Below are positions 8,786-18,200 of a stretch of 64,000 nucleotides of DNA, piece by piece (the stretch's first letter is position 1; every line of letters begins with the position of its first letter). The translations under genes were made by a program, and so were the position numbers. The stretch lies in the sequence record KY555145.1. The stretch is one strand, 5' to 3'. The notes under the pieces were generated by a model, which was not told where the DNA came from, made no database searches, and saw only the letters and a list, made by a program, of their open reading frames with translations.

Positions 8786-10407
8786 AATCCGTCCCCGATG
8801 ACCTGATGGCGCACCTCCAGGAGGAGGTGACCACGCTCGCGACGTGCATCACGATCGTGCGCCAGGACGGCAAGGCGTTCTTCATGACCGACCACGATCG
8901 GCCGATCAAGTTCGAGAACCAGACCTACGTCCCCTACGACTCCTACCAGCGCACGTCGATCCTGATGTCGTCGGAACTGGAAGTCGACACCGCCGACATC
9001 ACCGCCTTCCTGACCTCGAACGGGGTGACGCGCGACGACGTGGCCTCGGGCCTGTTCGACTACGCCGCGATCAAGGTCCAGTTGCTGAACTACGAGCGGC
9101 CCGAGGACGGGGCGATCCTGCTCCGCAAGGGCACGTTCGGCGAAGTGACCATGAACCAGGACGAGACCTTCTCGGCCGAAATCCGGGGCATGACCCAGGT
9201 CCTGACCTACCGGGTCGGGGAGACCTACGCGCCCGAGTGCCGGGCCGACCTGGGCGATCGCCGCTGCAAGATCGGCCTGATGCCTGAGGAGTGGCAGGCC
9301 AACAAATACTACGGCCTCGACGCCTGCGTGCTGGGCGAACTCGTCGCCCCGACGTCGTTCGTCAATCCCGTGGTCGTCAACGGCAACTTCGAGGACGGCG
9401 CCCTCAACGCCGTCGTCACCGCGCCGACGGGCTGGGTGGCCTATGGCGATCCGACCAGCCGCTGGGTCTACAAGCACGACTGGTACAATCTGTCGCGCCC
9501 GCAGGTCGGCAACCAGTTCATCGCCGCCACCCGCACCTCGATCTCCGACAAGCAGGAAGTCGCGGGCATCTACCAGGACATCAACCTCGTCTCCGCCGGC
9601 GTGCCCGCCGCCGCGATCGACGGCGGCCTCTGCCGCGTGCGCTACAAGTCCTTCGCCGCCTGCCTCAACAACCGTGCCCAGTCGCGTGAGCGCCTGACCT
9701 GTATCAAGGCCGACGGCTCGGTGGAGACGATCTGGGACACCGGCGAGATCAAGTACCCCGAGGACCGCTGGATCGCGGTCAACGCCGACGACATCCTGAT
9801 CCCGGCCGGCACGCGCGTCCTACGCATCGACCTGTGGTCCAAGAAGCGCAGCGTCCACGAAGAGGGCGCGGCCTATGACGGGATCAGCCTGTCGATCAAC
9901 CTGCCGGCGGGCACGGCCGGCAACGCCCATGTCTATGGCGGGGTGATGTTCAAGTGCATCCAGGCGGGGATCAGCGGCGGCACCCAGCCGGCCTGGACCA
10001 ACGAACTGGGCGCCACCTATACCGACGGCACGGTCATCTGGCAGTGCGTGACCAACTACAAGAAGGTAGGCACGGTCGCCACGGTCGCCTCCAACAAGTC
10101 CTTCACCTCGACCGACATCACCGAGCCGGCCGGTCACTACGACGGCGGCGTGCTCTACTGGGAAACCGGCCGCAACGCCGGACGCGCCCAGGAGATCAAG
10201 ACCTGGGCCGCCAACCTCTTCACGCTTTTCCAGCGCACCTACTATCCAATCACGGCGGGCGACCGCTTCGTGGTCTATCCCGGCTGCGACAAGCGCCGCG
10301 CCACCTGTGCCGACAAGTTCCACAATATCCACAATTTCCGCGCCGAGCCCGACGTGCCCGGTCAGGACATCTACTACCGCACGCCCAACGCTCCGGAGCA
10401 GGAATGA
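8782..10407 (+). CDS. Tail hub/baseplate protein (DUF2163 / BR0599 GTA-like) with inserted domain
   Basis: N-terminal TTLATC..I.R.DG....TDHD and C-terminal GCDKR..TC..KF.N..NFRAEP motifs; about 200-aa insertion in the middle. Confidence 0.88.
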   Translation: MKSVPDDLMAHLQEEVTTLATCITIVRQDGKAFFMTDHDRPIKFENQTYVPYDSYQRTSILMSSELEVDTADITAFLTSNGVTRDDVASGLFDYAAIKVQLLNYERPEDGAILLRKGTFGEVTMNQDETFSAEIRGMTQVLTYRVGETYAPECRADLGDRRCKIGLMPEEWQANKYYGLDACVLGELVAPTSFVNPVVVNGNFEDGALNAVVTAPTGWVAYGDPTSRWVYKHDWYNLSRPQVGNQFIAATRTSISDKQEVAGIYQDINLVSAGVPAAAIDGGLCRVRYKSFAACLNNRAQSRERLTCIKADGSVETIWDTGEIKYPEDRWIAVNADDILIPAGTRVLRIDLWSKKRSVHEEGAAYDGISLSINLPAGTAGNAHVYGGVMFKCIQAGISGGTQPAWTNELGATYTDGTVIWQCVTNYKKVGTVATVASNKSFTSTDITEPAGHYDGGVLYWETGRNAGRAQEIKTWAANLFTLFQRTYYPITAGDRFVVYPGCDKRRATCADKFHNIHNFRAEPDVPGQDIYYRTPNAPEQE

Positions 10408-10829
10408 CCCGCGACGACATCGTGACCGAAGCGCGCCGCTATGTCGCGCTCCAAACCCCCTGGCGCCATCGAGGCCGCACCGAACGCGGCCTCGACTGCA
10501 TCGGGCTGGCCGTCATGATCTTCGAAAAGTTCAACCTGGAGTATATGGACCAGGACGGCTACGCGCGCACGCCCGACGGTGAGAAGTTCGTCGACGTGAT
10601 CCGCCAGCACATGACCCTGGCCGATCCGACCGCGCTTAAGCCGGGCATGCTGCTGTTGTTCAACGACGATGCCCGGCCCTGTCATGTCGGCATCCTGGCG
10701 CGCCAGCACGGGCGCCTGACCCTGATCCACGCGACCGCCGACAAGAAGCGGACGGTCGAGGAAGTCTATGACCGCCGCTATGCCGCCCGGTTCCGCATGG
10801 CCTTCGATTTTCCCGGCGTTGAGGACTAA
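10404..10829 (+). CDS. Tail-associated NlpC/P60 peptidase
   Basis: MTRDDIVTEARRY...WRHRGR...GLDCIGL...HVGI...IHA; ATGA overlap with the hub gene. Confidence 0.9.
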   Translation: MTRDDIVTEARRYVALQTPWRHRGRTERGLDCIGLAVMIFEKFNLEYMDQDGYARTPDGEKFVDVIRQHMTLADPTALKPGMLLLFNDDARPCHVGILARQHGRLTLIHATADKKRTVEEVYDRRYAARFRMAFDFPGVED

Positions 10830-10831
10830 TC

Positions 10832-13800
10832 ATGGCCGCCGCCATTGCCCTTCCGATCGTCTCCGCCATCGTCAGCACGGCGATCAGCTACGCCTTCCCG
10901 AGCGATGGCCCGCGCCTGCGCGACACCAAGGTCTCGGCCTCGACCTACGGCAACGTGATCCCGGAAATCTACGGGACCGCGCGCGTCGGCGGCAACATGA
11001 TCTGGTCCAAGCCGTTCACCGAGAAGAAGAAGAAGAAGCGGGCCGGCAAGGGCGGCTCCTACTACAACGAATACACCTACTACTGCGACTTCGCCATGGC
11101 CTTCTGCCGGGGGCCGGTCAAGGAAGTGCGCCGCATCTGGGCCGACGGTAAGGTGATCTATGACACCACCGGCGGCTCGGAGGTGATCGACAACAACAAG
11201 TACCGCTTCCGCTTCTATCCCGGCGACGAGACGCAGCTTCCCGACAGCCTCATCGTCGAGGACAAGGGCGCCGATTACGCCCCCGCCTACCGGGGCCTCT
11301 GCTACGTCGTGTTCGACGACTTCGCCCTGGCCGATTTCGGCAACCGCATCCCGCAGATCATGGCCGAGGTCTATGCCGGAGACGAAGGCGGCGCGGCGAT
11401 CACCGACATCGTCCCGCTGCCGAGTTCGCCGGTCACTGGCGGGTCCTATCAGCTTGGCCAGATGATGATCGACGCTGACCGGGGCTATTTCTACCTCGTC
11501 GATTCGGTGTCCAACCCGGCAGGCACCGTTCTGCGCCGCTTCCTGCTGGCGAACGGCAAGGAGGATCGGCGCGAAATCGTCTCGATCCCGCAGACTCAGT
11601 TCCCGCCCTCGGTCTATGACAGCCCTGACCTGACCTCGGTCCGGGCGGTCACCTCCAAGGGCGAGCTTCTCTGCGTCTTCGGCGGGATCAACAACTACAT
11701 GCGGATCGAGAAGCTCGATCCCTATTCCTGGCAGTCGCTGGGGACGATCGGCCGCAGCTATCCTTTCGCGGGCACTCCCGAAAACAGCCTTCAGCACTCC
11801 AACACCAACTTCGAGATTTCGCGGGATGACAAGGGCAACTATCTCTGTCTGACGCTGGGGGTGTTTGGCGAATACAACATCTTCGATCCCTCCGACATGT
11901 CGTTCAAGGCCAAGGGGGAAATGGCCGGCTGGGGTGGTGCGGGTACGCCGATGTACATCTGCGCCCGCCAAGGCGGCTCGGCGGCTTCCCGGCGGTTCTA
12001 CCACGTCACCTACACGGGTGGCGCGTCCTTGCAGGTGTGCAGCCTGGGCGAGGTGCTCTACAATCACCCGCTCGACTATCCGGGCAATTCCCAGACCGCG
12101 TCGTCCTGGGCCTTCTGGGACGAGGGCGATCCGGGGGTGGTCTTCTTCTATTCCGACGGCCCTAACCGCTACATCGCCAAGTGGTCCGAATCCACCGGCG
12201 TGCTGGCCTGGAAGACCCAGCTTCGCAACTCCGATCCGTTCTGCGGCTATGGGGTCTATGGTCTGCGCGCCCGGATCAAGGATAACGAGTTCCACTGGGT
12301 CTACAACAAGCACCTGTTCTCGATCAACACCGCCACGGGTCAGTGGATCGACCGGACGTTCGACCAGGACTTCTACAAGAGCGACAACGACAAGACCGCC
12401 GAACAGGTCAACGACGGTGACAAGGGCCTGCTGTTGCCTCGCGACATCTCCGAGGACTATGTCATCTACGATCCGCGCCGCAACATCGTGATTTGCGTCG
12501 GACAGATTCAGGGCCAAAACGGCATCGTCCACGTCGGAGGCTACACGGGGGGCAAGACCTCGGTGGGGGCCATTGTCGAGCGTCTTCTGGTCTCGACGGG
12601 GCAGATGACCTCGAACGACTACGACCTGACGCCGCTCTACGACATCCCGGTCTACGGGTACGGCTACGCCTCCTCGACCGACATCAAGTCGATCATCGCC
12701 GAACTGCGCAACCTCTTCATGTTCGACCTCGTCGAAAGCGACGGTCGACTGGTCGCGCGCGTGCGCGGCGATCAGGACCCTGACGCCGAGGTGCCCTGGA
12801 AGCTCCTGGGCTCCCAGAGCGGCCCGACCCCGGACAAGGCCGACTACTGGAAAGAGACCCGGATGTCGGAGTCCGACCTCCCGGCCTCGATCGACCTGAC
12901 CTATTCGAACATCGATGACGACTACAATCCGTCAACGGCCAAGTCCAAGCGGATCGCCTCGCCGGTGGCGACCATGCTCTCGCGCCAGCAGGTCAAGGCC
13001 GAGTGCAACCTCGTCATGGACGCGACCGAGGCCAAGAATCGCGTCAACATCATGCTCTATACCCAGTGGGAGGAGCGCACCCAGCACCAGACGGCCCTTC
13101 CCTGGCTCTACGCCAATCTCGACGCTTCGGACCTGATCTCGGTGACCATGGAGGACGGCCGTAACTACTTCGAGCGGATCGGCTCGATCGAGTTCGGCGC
13201 CGACTTCTCCTCGCGCCTGGAAACCTATGGCACCGACAGCGGCGCCTATCTCTCCGACAAGACCGGCGACGGCGGCGGCGCCGGGCGGCCCACGGTCGTG
13301 CCGGCCCCCAAGCCGGTGGTGGGCTTCATCCTCAACACCCCGTTGCTGCGCGACACCCACGACAGCGGCGGCAACTTCTCCAACTGGTATAGCGCCATCG
13401 GCGCCGGCGCGCCGGGCGTGTTCCTCGGCGGCACGATGTTCAAGTCCGCCAATTCGCAGGACTACGTTGATCTCTACCAGGAGCCGGAGAGCGCCGAGTG
13501 GGGCACGGTGATGGGGGCCGTGCCCTCCCCCTCGCACGGCTGGTTCGCGCTCGACTGGGAAACGCGCATCACCATCACGCCGGCGGTCGACTTCTTCGAA
13601 CTGGAGTCGATCACCGACGACGAGCTTTGGGAAGGGCTCAACCTCGTGATGATCGGCGACGAGGTCCTCCAGTTCCGCGACGCGGTGCAGAACGCCGACG
13701 GCACCTGGACGATCTGGAACCTGCTGCGCGGCCGGCGCGGGACGCAATATGCCTGCGACAATCACAAGGCCGGCGAGCGCTTCCTGTTCCTCGACGAGCG

Positions 13801-14308
13801 CTCGATCGAGTTCCAGGCCGAGAACCTCGACACCTCGGGCCAGAACCGCTGGTATAAGGCCGTCGGCTCGGGCATGTCGCTGTTCGAGACCGATCCGATC
13901 CAGATCAATTACCAGCCCCGCGACCTCATGCCCTACCGCCCGGCCGACATCCGTCGGGCGGTCGCGGGCGGCGATGTCACCGTGACCTGGAAGCGTCGCA
14001 CGCGTTTCACGGCCACGCTCAAGGATGGCACCGGCGAAGTCAGCCTCAACGAGGGGACCGAAGCCTATGAGGCCTATGTCCTCGCCACGTCTTACGCGGG
14101 GGACCTGTCGCGTCAGGACGCGCCGGCCGTCTACCGCCGTAAATACACCCTGACGAGTCCGAGCTTCACCTACACGGCGGCCGAGCAGGCGGCCGACGGA
14201 TTTGACGTGAATCTTGACACTCTGCACGTGGTGATCTATCAGTTGAGTTCGGTTGTTGGTCGGGGTTTCCCCGGCGCGCGCTCGATTGAGTCCTGGCAGG
14301 ACTTCTAA
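10832..14308 (+). CDS. Central tail fibre / tip attachment protein (GTA megatron-like)
   Basis: 1158 aa; YG..IP..YGT.RVGGN.IW, PAYRGLCYVVF and GDEVLQF...LLRGRRGT motifs of Phage-tail_3 proteins. Confidence 0.9.
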   Translation: MAAAIALPIVSAIVSTAISYAFPSDGPRLRDTKVSASTYGNVIPEIYGTARVGGNMIWSKPFTEKKKKKRAGKGGSYYNEYTYYCDFAMAFCRGPVKEVRRIWADGKVIYDTTGGSEVIDNNKYRFRFYPGDETQLPDSLIVEDKGADYAPAYRGLCYVVFDDFALADFGNRIPQIMAEVYAGDEGGAAITDIVPLPSSPVTGGSYQLGQMMIDADRGYFYLVDSVSNPAGTVLRRFLLANGKEDRREIVSIPQTQFPPSVYDSPDLTSVRAVTSKGELLCVFGGINNYMRIEKLDPYSWQSLGTIGRSYPFAGTPENSLQHSNTNFEISRDDKGNYLCLTLGVFGEYNIFDPSDMSFKAKGEMAGWGGAGTPMYICARQGGSAASRRFYHVTYTGGASLQVCSLGEVLYNHPLDYPGNSQTASSWAFWDEGDPGVVFFYSDGPNRYIAKWSESTGVLAWKTQLRNSDPFCGYGVYGLRARIKDNEFHWVYNKHLFSINTATGQWIDRTFDQDFYKSDNDKTAEQVNDGDKGLLLPRDISEDYVIYDPRRNIVICVGQIQGQNGIVHVGGYTGGKTSVGAIVERLLVSTGQMTSNDYDLTPLYDIPVYGYGYASSTDIKSIIAELRNLFMFDLVESDGRLVARVRGDQDPDAEVPWKLLGSQSGPTPDKADYWKETRMSESDLPASIDLTYSNIDDDYNPSTAKSKRIASPVATMLSRQQVKAECNLVMDATEAKNRVNIMLYTQWEERTQHQTALPWLYANLDASDLISVTMEDGRNYFERIGSIEFGADFSSRLETYGTDSGAYLSDKTGDGGGAGRPTVVPAPKPVVGFILNTPLLRDTHDSGGNFSNWYSAIGAGAPGVFLGGTMFKSANSQDYVDLYQEPESAEWGTVMGAVPSPSHGWFALDWETRITITPAVDFFELESITDDELWEGLNLVMIGDEVLQFRDAVQNADGTWTIWNLLRGRRGTQYACDNHKAGERFLFLDERSIEFQAENLDTSGQNRWYKAVGSGMSLFETDPIQINYQPRDLMPYRPADIRRAVAGGDVTVTWKRRTRFTATLKDGTGEVSLNEGTEAYEAYVLATSYAGDLSRQDAPAVYRRKYTLTSPSFTYTAAEQAADGFDVNLDTLHVVIYQLSSVVGRGFPGARSIESWQDF
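14204..14218 (+). promoter_or_regulatory. Phage promoter motif copy (GACGTGAATCTTGAC) inside the 3' end of the tail tip gene
   Basis: One mismatch to consensus; positioned to drive the fibre genes. Confidence 0.55.
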
Positions 14309-14328
14309 GCCCCCTTTCCACAATCCCG

Positions 14329-14360
14329 CGATCCCGGCCTGGGCGCCGGGATCGTCCCTT
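14329..14360 (+). terminator. 10-bp hairpin after tail tip gene
   Basis: CGATCCCGGC/GCCGGGATCG followed by a weak pyrimidine run. Confidence 0.4.
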
Positions 14361-14380
14361 GTCATAAAAGTCGTGGAACG

Positions 14381-15223
14381 ATGAGCAATACGCCGATCCT
14401 GAGCATCCCCCAGGTTGCCCCCAACCAGAACCAAAAAGAAGACACGATCAACACGGGTCTGGCGATCCTGGAGGCGGCCCAGAACGACGACATCCAACTG
14501 ACGGTGTCGTCCGGCACCTACAATATCACCACCGTCCAGTTTACCCGCGCCTTCCTGCATCGCTATTCGGGCCATACCGACGCCACGGTCGTGGCGGTTG
14601 TCCCCACCACCCCGCGCTGGTTCGCCGTCGCCAACGAAGGTGGCTTCGCGATGGGATTGAAGGTCTTCGGGCAAGTCCCGGTGACCTCCATCCAGCCGGG
14701 CAAGATCGTCCTCTTCCAGTCCGACGGGACCACGCTGCGGGCGGTCTCCGAGGGGGTCAGCCGCATCTTCGACCTCTCCGACGTCGATGGCTCCGACACG
14801 CCGTCCGACGGGCAGGTCCTGGTCTGGAGCACCACGACCAGTCGGTTCGAGCCGGCCGATCTGCCGGCCGACGTCGACTTCTGGACGACAGGGGTGACCC
14901 CCAACGACGGGGTCGTCCTGCGCAAGCTCTTCCTGCGTCCGGTGCGATTCCTGGCCAACTTCCTGGGCTCGGTCGCCAAGGCCGGCGTAGCGGCGACCGC
15001 CAGCACCGTCTTCACGGTCAAGAAGACCACCGGCGTCACCACCACCACGGTTGGGACCATCACCTTCACGGGCTCTTCGGCCGCCTTCTCCACGGACCAG
15101 GGCAGCGGCGCGGTCACCGTCAACTTCGGGGCCGGCGACATCATGACCATCACCGGCCCGGCCTCCGCCGACGCCACCCTCGCTGACATCGTCGCTTCGC
15201 TCAAGGGCGTCATCCTGCAATGA
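14381..15223 (+). CDS. Short DUF2793-type tail fibre / structural protein
   Basis: N-terminal TPIL.IP.VAPNQNQKEDTIN.GLAILE motif; paralogous to the next gene at both termini. Confidence 0.75.
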   Translation: MSNTPILSIPQVAPNQNQKEDTINTGLAILEAAQNDDIQLTVSSGTYNITTVQFTRAFLHRYSGHTDATVVAVVPTTPRWFAVANEGGFAMGLKVFGQVPVTSIQPGKIVLFQSDGTTLRAVSEGVSRIFDLSDVDGSDTPSDGQVLVWSTTTSRFEPADLPADVDFWTTGVTPNDGVVLRKLFLRPVRFLANFLGSVAKAGVAATASTVFTVKKTTGVTTTTVGTITFTGSSAAFSTDQGSGAVTVNFGAGDIMTITGPASADATLADIVASLKGVILQ

Positions 15224-18200
15224 CCGATTACACGCCGATCCTGAAGCTCCCTGAGGTCGCGCCGAACCAAAACCAGAAGGAAGACACGATCAACACCGCG
15301 CTCGCCATCCTGGAGAGCGCGATGAACAACGTGAAGGTCTACACCCTCACCGGCGCGGGGCCGCGCAACCTCACCGAGGACGACTACACCCGCTACTTCC
15401 TGCACCGGTTCTCGGGCCAGACCGCCGCCTACGAGGTCACCGTCCCGGCCGCCCTGCCGCGTTGGTTCGCGGTCGAGAACGCCGGCAGCTTCGCCATCAC
15501 CGTGCGCTGCCAGGGCGTCACCGGCGGCCTGCCGTTCGAGGTGCCGCCCGGCAAGATCGGGCTGGCGGTCTCCGATGGTTCGGACGTCCGCACCGTCGTG
15601 CCGCAGTCGGGCATGGGCCTGCTCCAGGACCTCTCGGACGTGTCGGGCGTGCCGACCGACAAACAGGTCCTGCGCTACGACGCCGCCACCAGTCTGTGGA
15701 AGCCCTCGACCTTCACGATGGCCTTCACCCAACTGACCGACGTGCCGGGCAGCTATTCGGCCCAGCAGGGCAAGCTTGTGGCGGTCAACGCCGCCGGCAC
15801 GGGCCTGGAGTTCGTCACCTCGGCCTCCAACGTCAACGACTTCCTCGATCTCACCGACACGCCCAGTTCCTACGCGGGCGCGGCCGGCAAGACCGTCAAG
15901 GTCTCGTCGGGCGGCACGGGCCTCGTGTTCGGGAGCCCGACCTTCCTGGAGAGCACCGACACCCCGTCCAGCTACAGCGGCGGCGCCAACAAGTTCGTCC
16001 GGGTCAATCCCGGCTCCAGCGCCCTGATCTTCTCGGACGTCAAGCTGACCGACCTCTCGGACGGGCCGGGGACCTATACCGGCTTTGGGGGCATGTTCCT
16101 GCGCGTCAAGAACGACGGCACGGGGTTCGAGTTCAACACCGGCTCGGGCGGCCCCGACAACTTCCTGGACCTGACCGACACGCCTGACGCGTACACGGGT
16201 CAAGGTAACAAGGCCGTGCGCGTCAAATCCGACGTCTCGGGCCTGGAGTTCTATACCCCCAACTTCCTGCTCCTGTCGGACACCCCGGCCGACTATTCGG
16301 GCGCGGCCAACAAGGTCCTGCGCGTCAATGGCGCGGGCAACGCCGTCGTCTTCAGCACCCTGGCCTTCCAGGACCTCCAGAACGTCCCCACGGCCCAGGC
16401 CAACAAGTGGCTGCGCTGGAACCCGACGGCCACGGCGCTGATCAACGACACCCCGACCTTCCTGGGCCTGTCGGACACCCCGGCGGCCTATGCCGGCAAC
16501 GAAGGCAAGTACGTCTACGTCAAGGGGGACGGCTCGGGCCTGGGCTTCACCGCGACCTCGGCCAACCTGTCGTTCCTGGAGTTGAACGACACGATCGACA
16601 CGACCTATGATTCCAAGACCGACATGGTGCCGATCGTCACCATCGTCTCGGGCTCGCCGGTCCTGCAACTGGGCTATTACGCCTTCGCCAAGCTGGCGGG
16701 GGTCAGCCTGTCCTCGCCGACCAACGGGCAAATCCTCGGCTACAACGCCACCTCCGGCCTGTGGACCAACATCGACGCGCCCGAGGGCGGCGGCGGCTCG
16801 ATCGGCGTGCCGTCGTATGGGACGCATCCCTATTGGCGCCTGCTCCTGCACGCCACCGACGGCTCGACCGTCGAGTACGGCATCCAGGAGATCGAGTTCA
16901 AGCACACCAAGACCGGGGCTGATCTGGCCACTGGCGGCACCGCCTCGGCCTCCACGACGGCTGAAGGCTCGCCGGATGGGGCTTTTGACGACACTGTGGG
17001 CGCGGCGTGGTTCTCCTCGACGGCGGCGGACGGCGAGTGGATCAAATACCACTTCACCGCGCCGGTCGATGTGCGCTACCTGACCCTGAAGGGCTCGCAG
17101 TCGCGGCCCAACGGCTCGCCCTCGGCCTTCTCGGTCCAGTACAGCGACGACGACTCGGTCTGGACCACCGCCTGGGAAGTCACGGGCCAGACGGGTTGGG
17201 CGGCGGGCCAGACCCGCGAGTTCCACGCCCCGATCGACCTCTTCTTCACCGATCTCGCCGACGCCCCGCCCAGCTATATCGGGCAGGCGGGCAAGGCCCT
17301 GCGCGTCAATACCGGCGAGACGGCGCTGGAGTTCTTCACCCCCGCCACGACGCTGGCGACCATGGGGGATGTCGACTTCACCTTCCCGCCGACCGATGGC
17401 CAGTTCCTGCGCTATGACAACGCGACCGGCAAGTGGAAACCCTATACGCTGACGTCCGAAGGGCAGAAGGCGGCCTTCCGGGGCGAATGGTCCGGCTCGG
17501 GCGAGAACATCACCCTGACCTTTGACGCCTTGACCATTCCGAGCGTCCTGTCGCCGGACGCGCCGGGCTGGACGATCGTCGGGCAGGCCGACGCGACGGC
17601 TGGCACCACGCAGGCGCTGAAGTCGCGCCCGATCGGCAATAGCGGGCTCTGCTACGTTGAGCAGACCGTCAATTTCGTCGGCGATACGCCGTTCAAGGTG
17701 CGCTACAAGGTCTCTTCCGAATCGGTCGACGTCTTCCGCGTCCTGGTCGACGGCTCGGTCGTGTTTACCGACAGCGGCAACAACGGGACGTTTGAAGAGT
17801 TCTCGACCACCCTGTCGGGTACGCACACCATCCGCTACCAGTACAGCAAGGACCCCAGCGTCGCGGTGGGGGACGACTGCGTCTATATCAGCCAGATCAC
17901 CTACAAGAAGACGGCGGACACGCCGTTCATCTATGGTGACACCGTCACCTATCTCGGCAATACCTTCTTCTGCCTGATCGACAACACCACCGAGACGCCG
18001 GGTGTGGGAACGGACTGGTCGATGTTCGGCGGCTCGGGCTCGGGCACCTTCCTGGGTCTCACCGACACCCCGGCCAGCTATTCGGGACAGTCGCTCAAGG
18101 CCGTGCGGGTCAAGGCCGACGAGACGGGCCTGGAGTTCTACACCGCCGCGACGGGCGGGGGCGGTGGCTCGGGCGGCGTCCTGCCCGAGCGCACGCGCCT

